In this document: piece after piece, positions 39,760 to 54,542 of the stretch
Layout of the letters: each line of letters begins with the position of its first letter
Numbering within the stretch: the first letter of the stretch is position 1
From: Eledone cirrhosa
Lineage: Eukaryota
Assembly (NCBI GenBank): GCA_964016885.1
Contig: OZ024746.1
Location: 38,068,001-38,132,000, forward strand
Reading direction: 5' to 3'
DNA length: 64,000 bases
Translations under genes and position numbers: made by a program
The notes under the pieces: model-generated
Seen by the model: the letters and a program-made list of their open reading frames with translations, nothing else
Database searches by the model: none
What the model was told of the DNA's origin: nothing

Positions 39760-40657
39760 TATTTATATACATACACACACATATACATACATATAACTGT
39801 CTGCAGTTATAGAAATGCATACGTGAAGGCAGTATGTAGTGGCTACTGCAGGCTAATGTAAAGACCTGAAGAATGAACTTAGTTTTTCGTGAACCATATA
39901 GGGGTCTCATGCCCTGGGCACGTATGTCAATCCGCAATACCCTACCTATTAGCTATCATTTAAGGAAGAAAAAAAAGAAATGAAATGTAAATAATGAAAC
40001 GGAAAGTAAATAATGGTTCATCACGAATATGATAGAATGACATGAGAGGAATAGCAAATCTGACAACATATACAATTCCACAACGAGAAGTAAAGTCAAA
40101 GAGTTGCTGCATTATTCAAGTGAATAGAGCTGTACTTGATTTGATGTTGAAACAACAGCATTCTACAAATTCCCGTGATTTCGCTGTACGCTCCTATGAA
40201 TACAAATAAACTAATTATTGAGCCACGTAGTTGACTTGAAATTGATGTTAATCTATTTCCCATTAATATGATACAGATGACATTAAAAAATACGCTGACA
40301 CTAGTAAATCTGTCTAGATATCTTAAAGCAAATGTGAATCTAAACGAATTAATTTACTTGGTATTTCACTAAACTATTTTTTTTATCGAAATATGGTAAC
40401 GTTATAGAGAGCGTGGTGTATGTTCATATTTACCGATTTCATTTATCCCAGGTTTGTATCTTCATATTTAGACTGTACAGAAACAACTTCACTACCATCT
40501 GCAAGACCAAGAATGCAGTAGAAGTGAAACGAAAGATTTAGATTTCAGAAACACCTCAAAACGTAGTAGATTTTCCAAACGAAAGAAACTTCCGATAACT
40601 GCTCAATATTTCGTCTCCGTAGCAGTATATATATATATATATATATATATATGTGGC

Positions 40658-40709
<52 letters not shown>

Positions 40710-40764
40710 GTATATATATATGTATATATATATATATGTATATATATATGTATATATATATATG

Positions 40765-40827
<63 letters not shown>

Positions 40828-40829
<2 letters not shown>

Positions 40830-41425
40830 GTGGTCTGTGGCCTACTCCAGTGCCACGGAACACCCGCCCATCGCCTCACGGTCGAACAACGTACTATCTT
40901 CATCTTACAGACCCACACTCCCCGCGGCCTGAACTCCCCACCCTTATTCCTTTAGCGTTCGACCGCCCCCCTCCCCCACTTATCCCCCACTAACACCACT
41001 AACACACCCCTCCTTTTCACCGCCCACCCCACACTAACAATACTAACACCTCCACTCCACCCCTCATCTGACCACCCTTCCCCAACTAACATACTAACAT
41101 CCCTTCCCTCCCCTCTTCTCCTCCTCCCCCCTCCTTATCACACGCACACACTTACACCACCCACCCCACACGCAACTAACATCACTAACACCCTCCAACC
41201 CCACGCACACGTACCCACACACCCTCGTCCACCACCAACTCTACACACCCTACCCCCACTAACCCCCACTCACACCTGCATTCCACCCCTCCCCACCTCC
41301 CGTCTACTAACACCCACTAACACCTCCTCACCAAAACTACACACACACCAGTACACCACACTCCCTCCATAGAACCACACACACCCTTCACTCCACACTC
41401 ACTCATCCCACTAACACCCCTACTA

Positions 41426-41472
<47 letters not shown>

Positions 41473-42429
41473 CCTCACTCCAACTCTCACACCTACCCAT
41501 CCTCGCCTCCCTACCATTCCGCTGACTGCTGCTATGCCCTTCCGACCACTGTCTCAGCACCAACTGACCACAGCACTTCCACTGCTGACCACTTCCTGTT
41601 GCGCGCGCACCCCACATCTCTCCTCTTCCGACCACCGCTTCTTGGATTACCCACACGCGTTCGACTTCCAACCCAAATCTCCATACATCCGTGTAACTTA
41701 CCACTTTCAACCATCCTCTAACACCATCACCTATATAACTCACCCACACACACACATCCCAAAACAATTTTTTTTTATCCACACGCCACCCACACCCACA
41801 ACACGCTTAAACCACACACACGTGCTTCCCACCATATATTTACACCCTCAGCCCCCTGATTCCTCTCCCCCCCACCCCCTATCCACACACGCACAGACCC
41901 TCCGACACACAAAAACACCCCCCACACACACCTTCCTGAACATGCAACCCCGTTCTTCCCCCAACCCTCACTTTCACATACACACACACACACACACACA
42001 CACCCACACCTAACCACACACACCACCTTCAGCCCTCCCCGCTCGGACACCCCGTCTCCCTCTCCCCACTCCACCCGCCTCCACCTCTACTCACCCCACA
42101 CCCTTCCACCACCTGTTTACCCCCCTTTTAATTTCAGTTTATTTTGATCATGCCTTTATTTTTAAATGTTCTCATTCCTTGTATTTTGATCATGCTTTAT
42201 TTTTATTTATTATTTATTATATTTTTGTCTTTATTTGTTAATTTTTCATTCGCACCGTTTCCTTTCGCTATATGTCTCTCCACCACTCCCCTACACACCT
42301 TTTGAACTCTCACCTGAAGAAGGGCTTATGCCCGAAACGTCGTCCTCCACCTACCCCCCACTCTCCTGAGCGTGAATTTAATAAACATTTGTCGTACTGC
42401 CTCTCTGTTCTGTCCCTGTTCAATTTTTC

Positions 42430-42431
<2 letters not shown>
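40828..42431 (+). mobile_element. 5'-truncated Neptune-like PLE: GIY-YIG C-terminus, long C-rich 3'UTR, HHR
   Basis: [21 protein letters not shown] (stop at 40955) fits the R..E..WI..L.T..P.GLN end of PLE endonucleases; CTGAAGA-agggc ttat gccc-GAAA-CGTCGTC at 42314-42344; TA on both sides. Confidence 0.75.
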
Positions 42432-42460
<29 letters not shown>

Positions 42461-42840
42461 TAAATATATTACCAGAATTTACTTAATCTATGCATGGTGT
42501 CAGTATATACGAAATAACATCTCGCCGGCATGAACCAGAAGCACATGATAATTTGCTAATGCTTCTATATTATGAGCATAAGAATATAAACGAACATATG
42601 ATACACGCTTGTACACGAATATAGCTTGATTTCAAATTACTAAGCCTCCGATGCGTTATGGAATAAACAAAGTCAAAAATAAACATTATTATAAAGTACC
42701 AGTTCATGTAGAAATAATCCCATTTAATGTAATTCTAAATGTCACAAAGACAAGTGTAAAAAACATAATATTGATAAGGATAAAATAACACATGACAAGG
42801 TCGATTGATTAGAGTAGATAGATGAATATTGATCGATTGT

Positions 42841-42917
<77 letters not shown>

Positions 42918-43185
42918 GAGAGAGAGAGGGGGGGGGGGGTTGTATTCTTATTCCTGGCAACATTATGTGCTAAGGAAAGGAGATACTGGCCATTTAAGAT
43001 GATGGGAAATGTGTGTACTGTAACGTTTTCATACGTTACGCTGTCGTAATAATAATTCCGCTTCGCTTTACGGCAAGCGCCCCTAGCTGGGAATGCTGCC
43101 TTACAATGCTGCCTATGCTCCAAATGGATTTGTTAAGCAAATTGTAAGCAACAACATCGAAATCATAGTGTGTCATCTAACCCCT

Positions 43186-43220
<35 letters not shown>

Positions 43221-43761
43221 TATTTACATGTAGGTATATATATATTGATGTATGTCTGCTGCAATAAGTTGCTCATAGTTGAGATTACATTGCTAGAAGC
43301 GAAGTCTTATAAGGCCTCTCCGGTCGTATATATAACAATAACTCATTTCCATGTCAGGTGGTCTATGGCAAAATGTTCATTGACGTCTCGCATTGGGGTA
43401 TATGACCCAGCCTTGACTAGATCTAACGCTGCAGTGACTTCATTAAGGGAGGATTTGTATTCGGACCTATTGTTTTGGTTCATAAACTTGCATCAGTGAA
43501 CTATCTCTTGGCCTAGGCTTCTTGAAGCAAATCCGCCCTTCTAATGGTATCCAATAATGTCGTCGCTTTTACCCACTACTAACACTACTTACAGAAGAAG
43601 AAGAAGAAGAAGAAGGAGAAGAACTACTTAAGGTTTCAAGAGACAATATTGACCATTGACCATATCTCCAGAATGAAAGAGGGATCAAAATTGAGAACTA
43701 ATCGTCAGAGGTTTTTCACAATTACAGATATTTATAAAGACACACATAGAACCCCCCCCCC

Positions 43762-43810
<49 letters not shown>

Positions 43811-43878
43811 AAATATTAGTCAGGAACAAGAAGCAGAGGCAGTAGAAATGGTAGTTTAACAGGTTCACGATTTTGAGA

Positions 43879-43999
<121 letters not shown>

Positions 44000-44257
44000 C
44001 TGAGAAAATGTAGAATGCAACTCTCGATTGCTTTAACTAAATGCATACAGTAACTTTTGCATTCATTTTCCCAATATATATTTACGAATATCTTTATTGT
44101 ACATCATAATGTTTTCTAAGTATATCATTCAGTTCAATTCATTTGCGCTTATTGAACCATATATTTCATATTGTAAAACTACACGTATTTCTACAATATA
44201 CTATATTTGTACACATACAGACACACACATAGAGAAATATATGTAGATATAGATATG

Positions 44258-44297
<40 letters not shown>

Positions 44298-44351
44298 CAT
44301 AGACATATACATATATATATATACATATATATAAATATATATATATGTATA

Positions 44352-44418
<67 letters not shown>

Positions 44419-44586
44419 TAATATGTATATATATATGTATATGTATTTATTTCTATATATATTGATGTATATATTTATGTATATATATATATATATATAC
44501 ATATTTATATACATATATATATACATATATACATCTCTCTATATATATATGTATATACATATATAAATATACATACTTATATATAC

Positions 44587-44649
<63 letters not shown>

Positions 44650-45898
44650 TATATATATATGGCGCTGTTGTATAGTTTTGGTGTTTGAGTGCGTCAAGTT
44701 GGTTGCCTGTAGTTTTCTTTTCGTTTCAGTTTTTAGTTATTTCTGATGGTTGCACGCACTATATATCTAAAGGGTCTCAAGGGGCAATTACTCTTTATCT
44801 GTAATTGTATCGCTGTTTTTCCTGTTCTATGTTTTATTTTTAGTATTATTTTGCGTTAAATGTTCTTTTTTTTTAATGTTTTTATTTTCTTTCTAGCCAG
44901 ATCAACCGTTCCGCATTATTAATTTGTTGTTATTAAGTGTCTTTTAATTATAATCTCTTTTTCGCTTTCTATTTATCTGGCTTTGAAACTAACAATAACC
45001 ATACACATATACAGTAAACGATACCATGTATCATCACACTACGCGTAATCCTCCACCTACACATATAATTGAATACATACCAGCAAAAATACTCATAGAC
45101 ATGAGCACAGATATGCACACATAATAAGAGAGACAAATTATCACACACATATCATTGAGAGATAAAATTATTAAAAGTGTCTGTCTTTTGATCCCGTTTC
45201 TCATATATTCGTTTTGCCAAACAGTTCCCCTTTACTCTCACCATCCATACATTTCTCTCTTTCTCTCTCTATCCACCCTGTCTCTCTTTTTCTCCTCTCT
45301 TTGTCTGATAATCTGTTGTGCTTTCGCTCTGACGTTGATTTGATGTCCCCCCAAGAGACACAAATATCCATATGTACACTGAATACAATAATTTTAGCAC
45401 TCCCATCTTCAAACAGATTTATAATAATTATATAGAGGTCATTTACCTTAACACCTTCAAGATACAATTTATTTCCCTTTAATTCGTTTTTACTTTCTCT
45501 TTCTCACTCCTTATTTTACGCTCATTTCTCATTACCCTCTTCCTTTCTTTCTATTGTTACCATGTTAGAATATGTATGTGTATCACCTTAATGTACGATC
45601 AATGATATGGGGTCCATTTTGAACTAGCGTAAAAATAAGAGTACTTCTTAAACATATGTATTCTGAAAGCAATACCCAGAGAGTATCTATATGAAACAAT
45701 GTACGAAATGGCAGTCATTTGATATATAGGAACATTCAATGCGACAGTGTTCATTGCTCCTGCCGTTTACTGAATTTTATTCATAATGCCTCGATCAAGC
45801 AAACGCTATAGTAAAGGTTACCACGCCTTCAGTTTGAATCCACGACCTCATAATAAAATTCCAAATCACTCAAGCAAGCATATGGCCATACATTAGAC

Positions 45899-45936
<38 letters not shown>

Positions 45937-46018
45937 GTTATTCCGGGTTGAATCGGAGGTAACCACAGTAAGTAAGGTACTCAATACATAGCAGAGTATA
46001 AAAGTTTTAATATAGATG

Positions 46019-46069
46019 AGATTCTACAGGACTAGAACTGTTTCATTCATTAGAAATCATCAGGAATCT
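46019..46069 (-). ncRNA. Type I hammerhead ribozyme in a minus-strand element ending at (TA)n near 45937
   Basis: agattc-CTGATGA-tttc taat gaat-GAAA-cag ttctagtc ctg-TA-gaatct (GUA triplet). Confidence 0.85.
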
Positions 46070-46620
46070 GGGTATCAAAAAATAAAAATGGTATTTATAG
46101 GTCTCTACAAGTGGTAGGAGAGGGTGGGGAGTGGGATGGGTGTAGGTCATTGGTTGATAGAAAAGGGGATTCATTAAAAGCTAATTCTACAAAGCTATAG
46201 TTTATTTTTATTTATATTTATTTATGTTTTTAGAGTAACAAGGGCAGACAGAATTCTATAAACAGGTTCCGGATGGCATACCATTCCTTGTCATTAAGTT
46301 TCTCTTAAGCTAACAGATGTCTATAAGATCAGTGGGGGGTCAGTCATGGTCGATAGAATTAAAGAAAAGGGAGATTCTTTAAAAGCTAAAATCATTAAGG
46401 TTCTACTAAGTGACAAAGGTCTAGAGAATTCTGTAGACAGATTCAAAATACTGAGTGCATATCTTACAATTATCTTCGAACTTCTCTTAAACTAATCAAC
46501 TATATGCCAAAAATCAACAGACACATTCACAAAAAAACATACTCACTCACACACTCACGCGCGACCATAAACACACACACAAACACATATACACACATAA
46601 AAACACACACACATATATAT

Positions 46621-46820
46621 NNNNNNNNNNNNNNNNNNNNNNNNNNNNNNNNNNNNNNNNNNNNNNNNNNNNNNNNNNNNNNNNNNNNNNNNNNNNNNNN
46701 NNNNNNNNNNNNNNNNNNNNNNNNNNNNNNNNNNNNNNNNNNNNNNNNNNNNNNNNNNNNNNNNNNNNNNNNNNNNNNNNNNNNNNNNNNNNNNNNNNNN
46801 NNNNNNNNNNNNNNNNNNNN
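46621..46820. other. Assembly gap (200 N) within TA sequence
   Basis: Run of N. Confidence 1.
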
Positions 46821-46984
46821 ATATATATATATATATATATATATATAGTATACTAGGGAGAGGATCAGGGGTGTATAACACTCCACTTATCCAGCAGGCA
46901 GTATAAGGTTAGCTCGATGTCTGAGGACAGAGCCGTGATATAATAAATAACAAAGAACGCCTATAGCATATGCATATCTTTACT

Positions 46985-47030
46985 TGCTAACATTGTTTCA
47001 TCCGCACTATAAGTGGGACTCATCAGAGCA
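46985..47030 (-). ncRNA. Minimal type I hammerhead ribozyme in a minus-strand element ending at (TA)n near 46848
   Basis: tgct-CTGATGA-gtcccac ttata gtgcggat-GAAA-C-AAT-G-TT-agca. Confidence 0.82.
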
Positions 47031-47119
47031 TAAAGGTTAATTACATACCATACAAGCAATAACAAATCCAAGACATTGAAGAATGAAAAATAATAGAAGA
47101 TAAAGGATATTAAGGAAGT

Positions 47120-47675
47120 AAAAGTAAAAATAAGAATAAAAATAAAAATAAAAATAAAAATAAAAATAAAAATAAAAATAAAAATAAAAATAAAAATAAT
47201 AAAATAAACAATGAAAAATAAGGGGTGCTATCAGTCACAGTTGGGCGGGGTGCTGTCAACATATAGTTACATACAAGCATACACATGGATAAGAGAACAG
47301 ACAAGAGTAGATAAGATAGATAGGATTAGGTAAGAGTAGGTAAAAAATAGGTGAAAAACAGACTTATAATATATATAAGAAAATATAAAGAAATATATAA
47401 CAAACTTACATATAAAATATAAAATATACAGATAATAGTGATACAGGGTAAGGAATGAAATAAAATAATATAAAATTAAAATTAAAATTATATAAAATAG
47501 AAGATAATATAATATAATCATAAAATAAGATAAAATAAGGTAAACTAAAATAAAATAAAATAGACTAAAGTAAAATAATATAATATAAGATATAATTAAA
47601 TGTAATTAAATAAATAAATAAATAAATGAATAAATAAAATTAAATAAATAAATAAAATTAAAATTAAAATTAAAT

Positions 47676-47707
<32 letters not shown>

Positions 47708-47753
47708 GTAAATAAATAAATAAATAAATAAAAAAAAAAAATAAATAAATAAA

Positions 47754-47784
<31 letters not shown>

Positions 47785-47900
47785 TTAAAAAAAAATAAAT
47801 AAATAAATAAATAAATGAAATTAAATAAGTAAATAAATAAAATTAGATAAAATGAAATGAAATAAAACAAAATAAAATGAAATAGAGTAAATTGAGATAA
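47120..47900. repeat. A-rich low-complexity (AAAAAT)n/(AAAT)n region
   Basis: Direct read; lies upstream of the 46985-47030 HHR on the minus strand, so probably a T-rich 3'UTR. Confidence 0.8.
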
Positions 47901-48946
47901 GATATATATTTTTTAGAATATATCTCTTGAATATATCAGGGGCCCACGAAGGCACTAAGTGTCACAGTTATCTGTATCACTTGACCATTTTTTAAAAATA
48001 TATTTCTTGAAAATATCAGGGGCCCACGAAGGCCCTAAGTGTCACAGTCACCAGTATCACTTGACCATTGCAAGGCAATGGAGGCGTCCCAGGTTGGGCA
48101 GTCTCAAAAGTTCACTCGAAAGTCACGGGTGTGCATTCACACAGTTGAGCGGTGGGGTAATCACAAACCGGTTCACACCCGGGCAGGAGTCCAATGGTCA
48201 AACAGAGATGCATCGAAGGAAGGTAGGAGAATTCACGTGCAGTAGCAAGCGAGGTGCAGGCGGGTTGGCCAAAGCAAGCAGACACAGTTGGAGCGCATAC
48301 AAAAGATATATAAGAAGACAAAAGATATATAAAAAATAGCTTCAAGAGTCATGAAGTCACCGCATTGGGACATCACAAGATTGTACACATCAATATGTTC
48401 AGCACGTATATGTACATATACACACCACATGCATATGCAGAGACGGTATACATATATATATATATATATTTTTATATACAGACATATACAACCACCTACA
48501 CCCATACACATATAAATGTATACACAGACACACACGCACACACACACAGCGTAGGACACCCGGGTCAAAGCTGATATTAAACACCGTTCTATGCAAATTG
48601 GTCTACCCACTACTAATTTTCATAGAAAAAGCATATAACGATATGTGCTTTTACAATCCTCCAGAGAAGCCGGAAGATGGGTAAATATTGCTGATGAGAT
48701 GTAATAACATCGAAACTAGTCCAATATTCCTGTCCGGCTCTCTGGAGAATAGAGGAAATGTGTTTCCTTGAAAACTCGTATAACTCTAAAACCCGGTCCG
48801 TCTGTGTGGTTACATACAGACTAGCTGACACTCACTGTAAAGTGTCTAGTGAAAAACTGAGTACATGTACATATGTATACATGTGTGTATTTATATGCAT
48901 ACTAATACTTCCGTATACATATGTAGATGTACACTTTAACTTAATT

Positions 48947-49009
<63 letters not shown>

Positions 49010-49022
49010 TACATATATATGC

Positions 49023-49111
<89 letters not shown>

Positions 49112-49253
49112 TATATACAATCTCTACTACTCTGACAATCTTAAATCCTAGGTCTCCCTCCTCCTTACTCGCTTCCCTCTTCCCCTTCCCTTCCTACCTC
49201 CTTCTTTCTCTTTTATCTAGTGTATAAAATATTTTCATATCATTCCACTACAA

Positions 49254-49370
49254 AAGTCTGACGACATGGTGTGTTTTCTTACAGTGTACCTTCGGTTTAT
49301 GATAATATTTTTATATTATTCAAATAGCGAGGTATAGGTAACCCATACACTATAGAAACAATTGTTACCT
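49254..49370 (+). ncRNA. HHR with extended stem II, 5' pLTR
   Basis: aagt-CTGACGA-catggtgtgt..atacactata-GAAA-C-AATT-G-TT-acct. Confidence 0.7.
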
Positions 49371-49577
49371 AATAAATTCTTTATACCCGTATTTCCGTTT
49401 CATAAACTTCTTCTCCATATTTTCTCCGGATTTTAAAACACACTTTATTATACGTTGAGCAATCTCCGACGTCGGTTGACTCCATCCAATGCGACTACTT
49501 AGTAACATTGGAATACAAATTTACTAATTCTTCACACTCCTTTACAGTCGAGTAACCTATCAACCTACGTCTCGGAA

Positions 49578-51859
49578 ATGGAAAAACACCATTGTGGTAT
49601 GTCCTTAAAAAACATACCCATTCAGGGTAAAAAAGAATACATTCTTGGTATGATACAAAGGACCAACAAATTTATTCGGCGGATTAGATGGAGGGCCTTC
49701 CACTTCGATAGGAAAAAGATTACACAAACTTCCGACACCAACAACGATAAGTTTGGTTTCAAATCCTACAAAAACCCACCCTCTAACCCTCCTCTGGATT
49801 CTTTCGAGCAGGACTTAATGAAAATGATAACCGGAATCAAATTTATAAACGGAAGGAAAAACGAACTGCAACGAGATATTAAAACTCTACTCGACAACCT
49901 AAGGAATACCAAAGGAATTATCATAAAGGCAGACAAAACATCAAATCTATACACTCTGGATGTAGAAACATATAATAATTTTTTACGTAAGGAATTACAT
50001 AGGAAGTACAAAAAAACAAACGCAACTACACTAACCAAATTTAATAACGCAGCATGTGATATTGTTAAGAAACTGAAAATCGACGTAAAACGGTACCCCT
50101 ATCTCCAGCTACACCGACTTTTAATCTGAAGGACCATAAGGATAACTTCGATACTAACCCTAAAATTAGATTAATATGTCCTTCAAAGTCCGATATAGGT
50201 AGAATCAGTAAGTACATATTAGATCGTATTATCCCCCAAGTTAAGGCTAAGGTAGATATTAAATTATGGGGTAATACTCAACAGGCAATTAGATGGTTCA
50301 ATAACATTAGTGACAAAAACAAATCGTCTTTTATTCAATTCGATATAGATGAATACTATTCCTCTATTTCACCTGAAACCCTGCATAAGGCCCTCTCATT
50401 CGCTAAGGCTAACTCGGACCTCACAAACGAGGAAATTAATATTATACTTGAAGCTAGACGCACAGTAGTGCATTTTGAAAATAGGTATAGGGTCCGCAGA
50501 GATAGACCCTCGGAATTCGACATTACGATGGGTTCTAATGATTCGGCGGAAGTTACGGATCTGGTTGGGATCTATATAGCCCACAGACTCCAGAGCGAAT
50601 TTACGGACCTCCACGGCGGAATCTACCGCGACGATACACTTCTATTAGTCAAGAATATGAACAAACAAAACCTAGAAAGGCGACGTAAAAACATTAGGAA
50701 ACTTTTCTTAGAACTAGGGCTTAATATTACCTTCGAACACAATCTTAAGGTGGTCAACTTCTTGGATGTCACCTTCAACCTTAATAACGGTAATATAGAG
50801 CCATTTCACAAACTTAATGAAAATCTCAAGTACGTTAATGTAAAATCGAACCATTCCCATTCCATTATTAAATCTATCCCTAAAAATATATCCATAAGGA
50901 TCTCCCGACTGTCGTCTAATTTGAAGACCTTCAACGAGCATGCTGATAATATAATGACGCACTTAGAAAAGCTGGTTACTGCGAGAAAATAGAATATCTA
51001 GACGATAACCACATAAGTACTATGAATAAAACACATCTAAGTCGAACTAGTATTGCACCACGCACACACATCAATAGGCATACTAATAGGTGCAAACTAG
51101 CAAATAGAGTCAGACGTAGAGAGTACATATGGTATAACCCCGTGTACAATATTTCTATTAGCACTAAGATTATCTCACAATACTATACACTAATCAATAA
51201 ACACTTTACAACTTCACATAAATACTATAAAATCTTTAACTCGCGCACCATTAGCCTCTCATACTCCACTGCACCTAACATAGAACAACTAATTAAAAAA
51301 CTCAACTCAGCAATACTAAATAAGTACCATCCCTAATGACACAGTGCACCAGCATAGCAACATACAACGCACTAACACGCAACTACAAACCCACCAAACT
51401 ATCCAGGATACTACTGCAAAACATAAAAATAACTGTAACTGCACCAAACCAGGTACGTGCCCACTGAATAACCAGTGCCTAGCACGCAATATTGTCTACC
51501 GATGTACAATAAGTTCCGGAACCAACAAATGGTATTACGTCGGATGTACCGCAACATCTTTCAAAGCTCGCCTATACCAACATCGATCTTCGATCAGGCA
51601 CGAGAAAATGCGCTACGTAACAACTCTCGCCGATAAAGCCTAGCAGCTCCGGAGGAACAATCAAGCATTCTCCCTTGATTGGCAAATTATTGCTGCTGCG
51701 CCTGCATATAAGCAAAATCATGGATTCTGTAAATTATGCAATATGGAGTTATACTGCATTTTAACGTCGGAAAACAAACTTTTGAACAGCAAAATTGAAC
51801 GTTCACTTTACTGTAACCATCGTTTGAAAACGACTTTTTCTTTTTTTAAATGCATGTAA
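49578..51859 (+). pseudogene. RT-GIY-YIG ORF with several frameshifts and stops
   Basis: MSLKNIPI, ADKTSNLY, FIQFDIDEYY, FDITMGSNDS, YRDD, FLDV, IWYNP, CNCTKPGTCPLNNQC, NIVY..YVG, CKLC; breaks near 50090-50120, 50950, 51336 and 51643. Confidence 0.9.
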
Positions 51860-52268
51860 TGTTACCTTTTTACACCACCGTTTGCAAATTTCTGTTTTAT
51901 ATGTTTATACACACGATATGGCTTTCTATAATAATAGTACTAAACACTGTTTTTGGACCCCTTTAGAAATAACCTGCTACTATAATAGCCCCAATAACTT
52001 GTCTGTAACTCTGTACCACTTTGACACCTTTAACTAAATTTTGTCCAAACAACACCACTAGAAGAATTTACTTCCCCTGCCAACCCTAACACGCCTCATT
52101 AAGCTAACTGCTGCAAAAGCATTCTCTCCTTACAATCTCTACTACTCTGACAATCTTAAATCCTAGGACTCCCTCCCCTTTACTCGCTTCCCTCTTCCCC
52201 TTCCCTTCCTACCTCCTTCTTTCTCTTTTATCTAGTGTATAAAATATTTTCATATCATTCCACTACAA

Positions 52269-52385
52269 AGGTCTGAAGACATGGTGTGTTTTCTTACAGT
52301 GTACCTTCGGTTTATGATAATATTTTTATATTATTCAAATAGCGAGGTATAGGTAACCCATACACTATAGAAACAATTGTTACCT
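52269..52385 (+). ncRNA. HHR with extended stem II, 3' pLTR
   Basis: aggt-CTGAAGA-~90-nt stem II-GAAA-C-AATT-G-TT-acct. Confidence 0.75.
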
Positions 52386-52666
52386 AATAAATTCTTTATA
52401 CCCGCATTTCCGTTTCATAAACTTCTCTCTCTCTATATATATATATACTACAAACAACAACTTCGTCTTTTGTCCGAATCACAACCAGCCCTAATTAATT
52501 TTCCTGAGATTGCTTTACCAGAACTGATCAATGAAGTCAGTAAAAGACTAAATTTAGCCGAGATGGTTAACATACAAAATATAGTTGTCAAGTGATCAGC
52601 ACTTCCTTACATATATCATTCTCAGTTGTAAATTTATCTACATGTAAATATTAATAGTAAATATTA

Positions 52667-52776
52667 ATAATTGTTTCTACTTTAGGCACAAGGCCAGCAA
52701 TTACCCAGTGCATTACTGGTACTTTATTTTATCGACCCCGTAAGGATGAAAGGCAAAGTCAACCTCGGCGGGATTA
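52667..52776 (-). mobile_element. Partial Meta-like SINE
   Basis: Matches 24724-24832. Confidence 0.78.
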
Positions 52777-53504
52777 AGATGAACTGTTGTTAATAATGTT
52801 ATGCTTATTTTTTTAAACTATTAACCTCATAATTCTAGAGTTATTTGCCGTATTTGTTCCAAATCTCTTCTCTCTCATCTCAAATCCTACAGAGATCAAC
52901 TGCCCCTTTCATCCACACGTGGTTGATACATAAACTACCATTCTAGTACTGGGGTTTATTCTTCCACTATATCTCTTTCTCATTTCCATTCTCTCACTGT
53001 CTATCCTTCTCCGGAAGAAAGCTGTTGCATTCAGGCCTGCAGAGGGAATGCTCTAATATGGTGCCTCTACGACATCCTCAGCAGTAAATCCAGCAGTGCT
53101 CATAACACCTCAACCCAATCAACAGTCGTTCAAGTTAGGCTTATCACGAAATGAAACTTTTATTTTATGATTAATGCCACTGAATATCCCATCTCTGGAA
53201 GAAATCTGGAGAGAATGGGCTTGCTAGAAATAAAAGTGCCCTAAGAATCTCCATATGTCAAATTGGTGCCCCAGCGAATCCATCAGCGAATCCATCAGCG
53301 AATCCATACCAAACTCAAAATTACAAATGACACCTATGTACACAATCTTTTCGTGAGTATTTTCCCTATTAATATTCAACATCAAGCTAGTGTTTTCAAG
53401 GATGTACCTAGTTTTGTTACTATTTCATTAGGAAAGTCTCTGTTGGTGACGCTTTTACAGGACATTTAATAGTAAAGATGAAATTTTCCCCAAATAGGAA
53501 TTAG

Positions 53505-53690
53505 TTTCCACATACTTACAACAAACCAGAAATTCGTTTCCACGTACTTACAACAAACCAGAAATTCGTTTCCACATACTTACATCAAACCAAAAATTCG
53601 TTTCCATGTACTTACAACAAACCAGAAATTCGTTTCCATGTACTTACAACTAACCAGAAGTTCGTTTCCACATACTTGCAAGAAACCAGG
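53505..53690. repeat. 32-bp minisatellite, ~6 copies
   Basis: tttccacatacttacaacaaaccagaaattcg at 53505, 53537, 53569, 53601, 53633, 53665. Confidence 0.92.
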
Positions 53691-54085
53691 AAGTGTCATT
53701 ATATTAGATGGCAGAGACTGTGTAATCCTCAAGAATACCACAGGAAAATTTAACGTCAGCACATTATAAGTCAGAAATATAAGAACGTACCAAATTCAGC
53801 TCACTAACAACTTCAGCAATCAATTTTATCGAGACGATATTTTATTTGCTGATCCAGGAAGTTTGAAAATCATAGTTGACGTTCACAGGATTAGAACTCA
53901 GAACCCAAGCAGTGGGTATATATACACAATGTAAATCATTAAATGAAGACATCTCTCTGTAAACAACTTGCAGTTGCGAGTAAATTATGTAGAGTTACTC
54001 AACATGACATATACTATAATTTAATCTACTAAGTTACTGCTATGTTTGCTGTTGATTGTTTATATTACATATAAAACGACACTAA

Positions 54086-54141
<56 letters not shown>

Positions 54142-54509
54142 ATGTTTTATGTTAAGTATTTATAGAAAAAGAGCACAATTTGACTTTCCGTTTTTCTCTT
54201 TTGACTTTGCATTTCTTTTATATATTTGCTTTCAGCTTTTTCTATAATTTATTCTATTTTGTCTGGAAGAAAATGTAAATATAAATATTGATTTTGTTTT
54301 CTAAATTCATAGCTCCAAACTCTCTTTAGACTATAAGTATTACTTTCTTTTGTTTCACATTACTGCCGTTTCGTCCGATATTATATATCATTATCCCTCA
54401 AAATGTCTTTACATATAACGCACTAAGTATCTCACTCACCAGAGAATCAAATCAACATACGCAACACAAACATTTTACATAGACCAACACCTACCCATTA
54501 ACACATACT

Positions 54510-54542
<33 letters not shown>

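Larger units (their letters stand above)
49116..52426 (+). mobile_element. Full-length decayed PLE (Hydra-like) with 296-bp direct pseudo-LTRs
   Basis: pLTRs 49116-49411 and 52131-52426 differ at only a few sites; (TA)n on the left, (CT)n(TA)n on the right. Confidence 0.92.

Noticed and set aside
49116-52426. LTR retrotransposon
   Set aside because: No TG..CA ends, PBS, gag, protease or integrase; RT and GIY-YIG indicate PLE pseudo-LTRs.
53505-53690. 32-bp repeats resembling a CRISPR array
   Set aside because: Directly tandem with no spacers, no cas genes, eukaryotic context.
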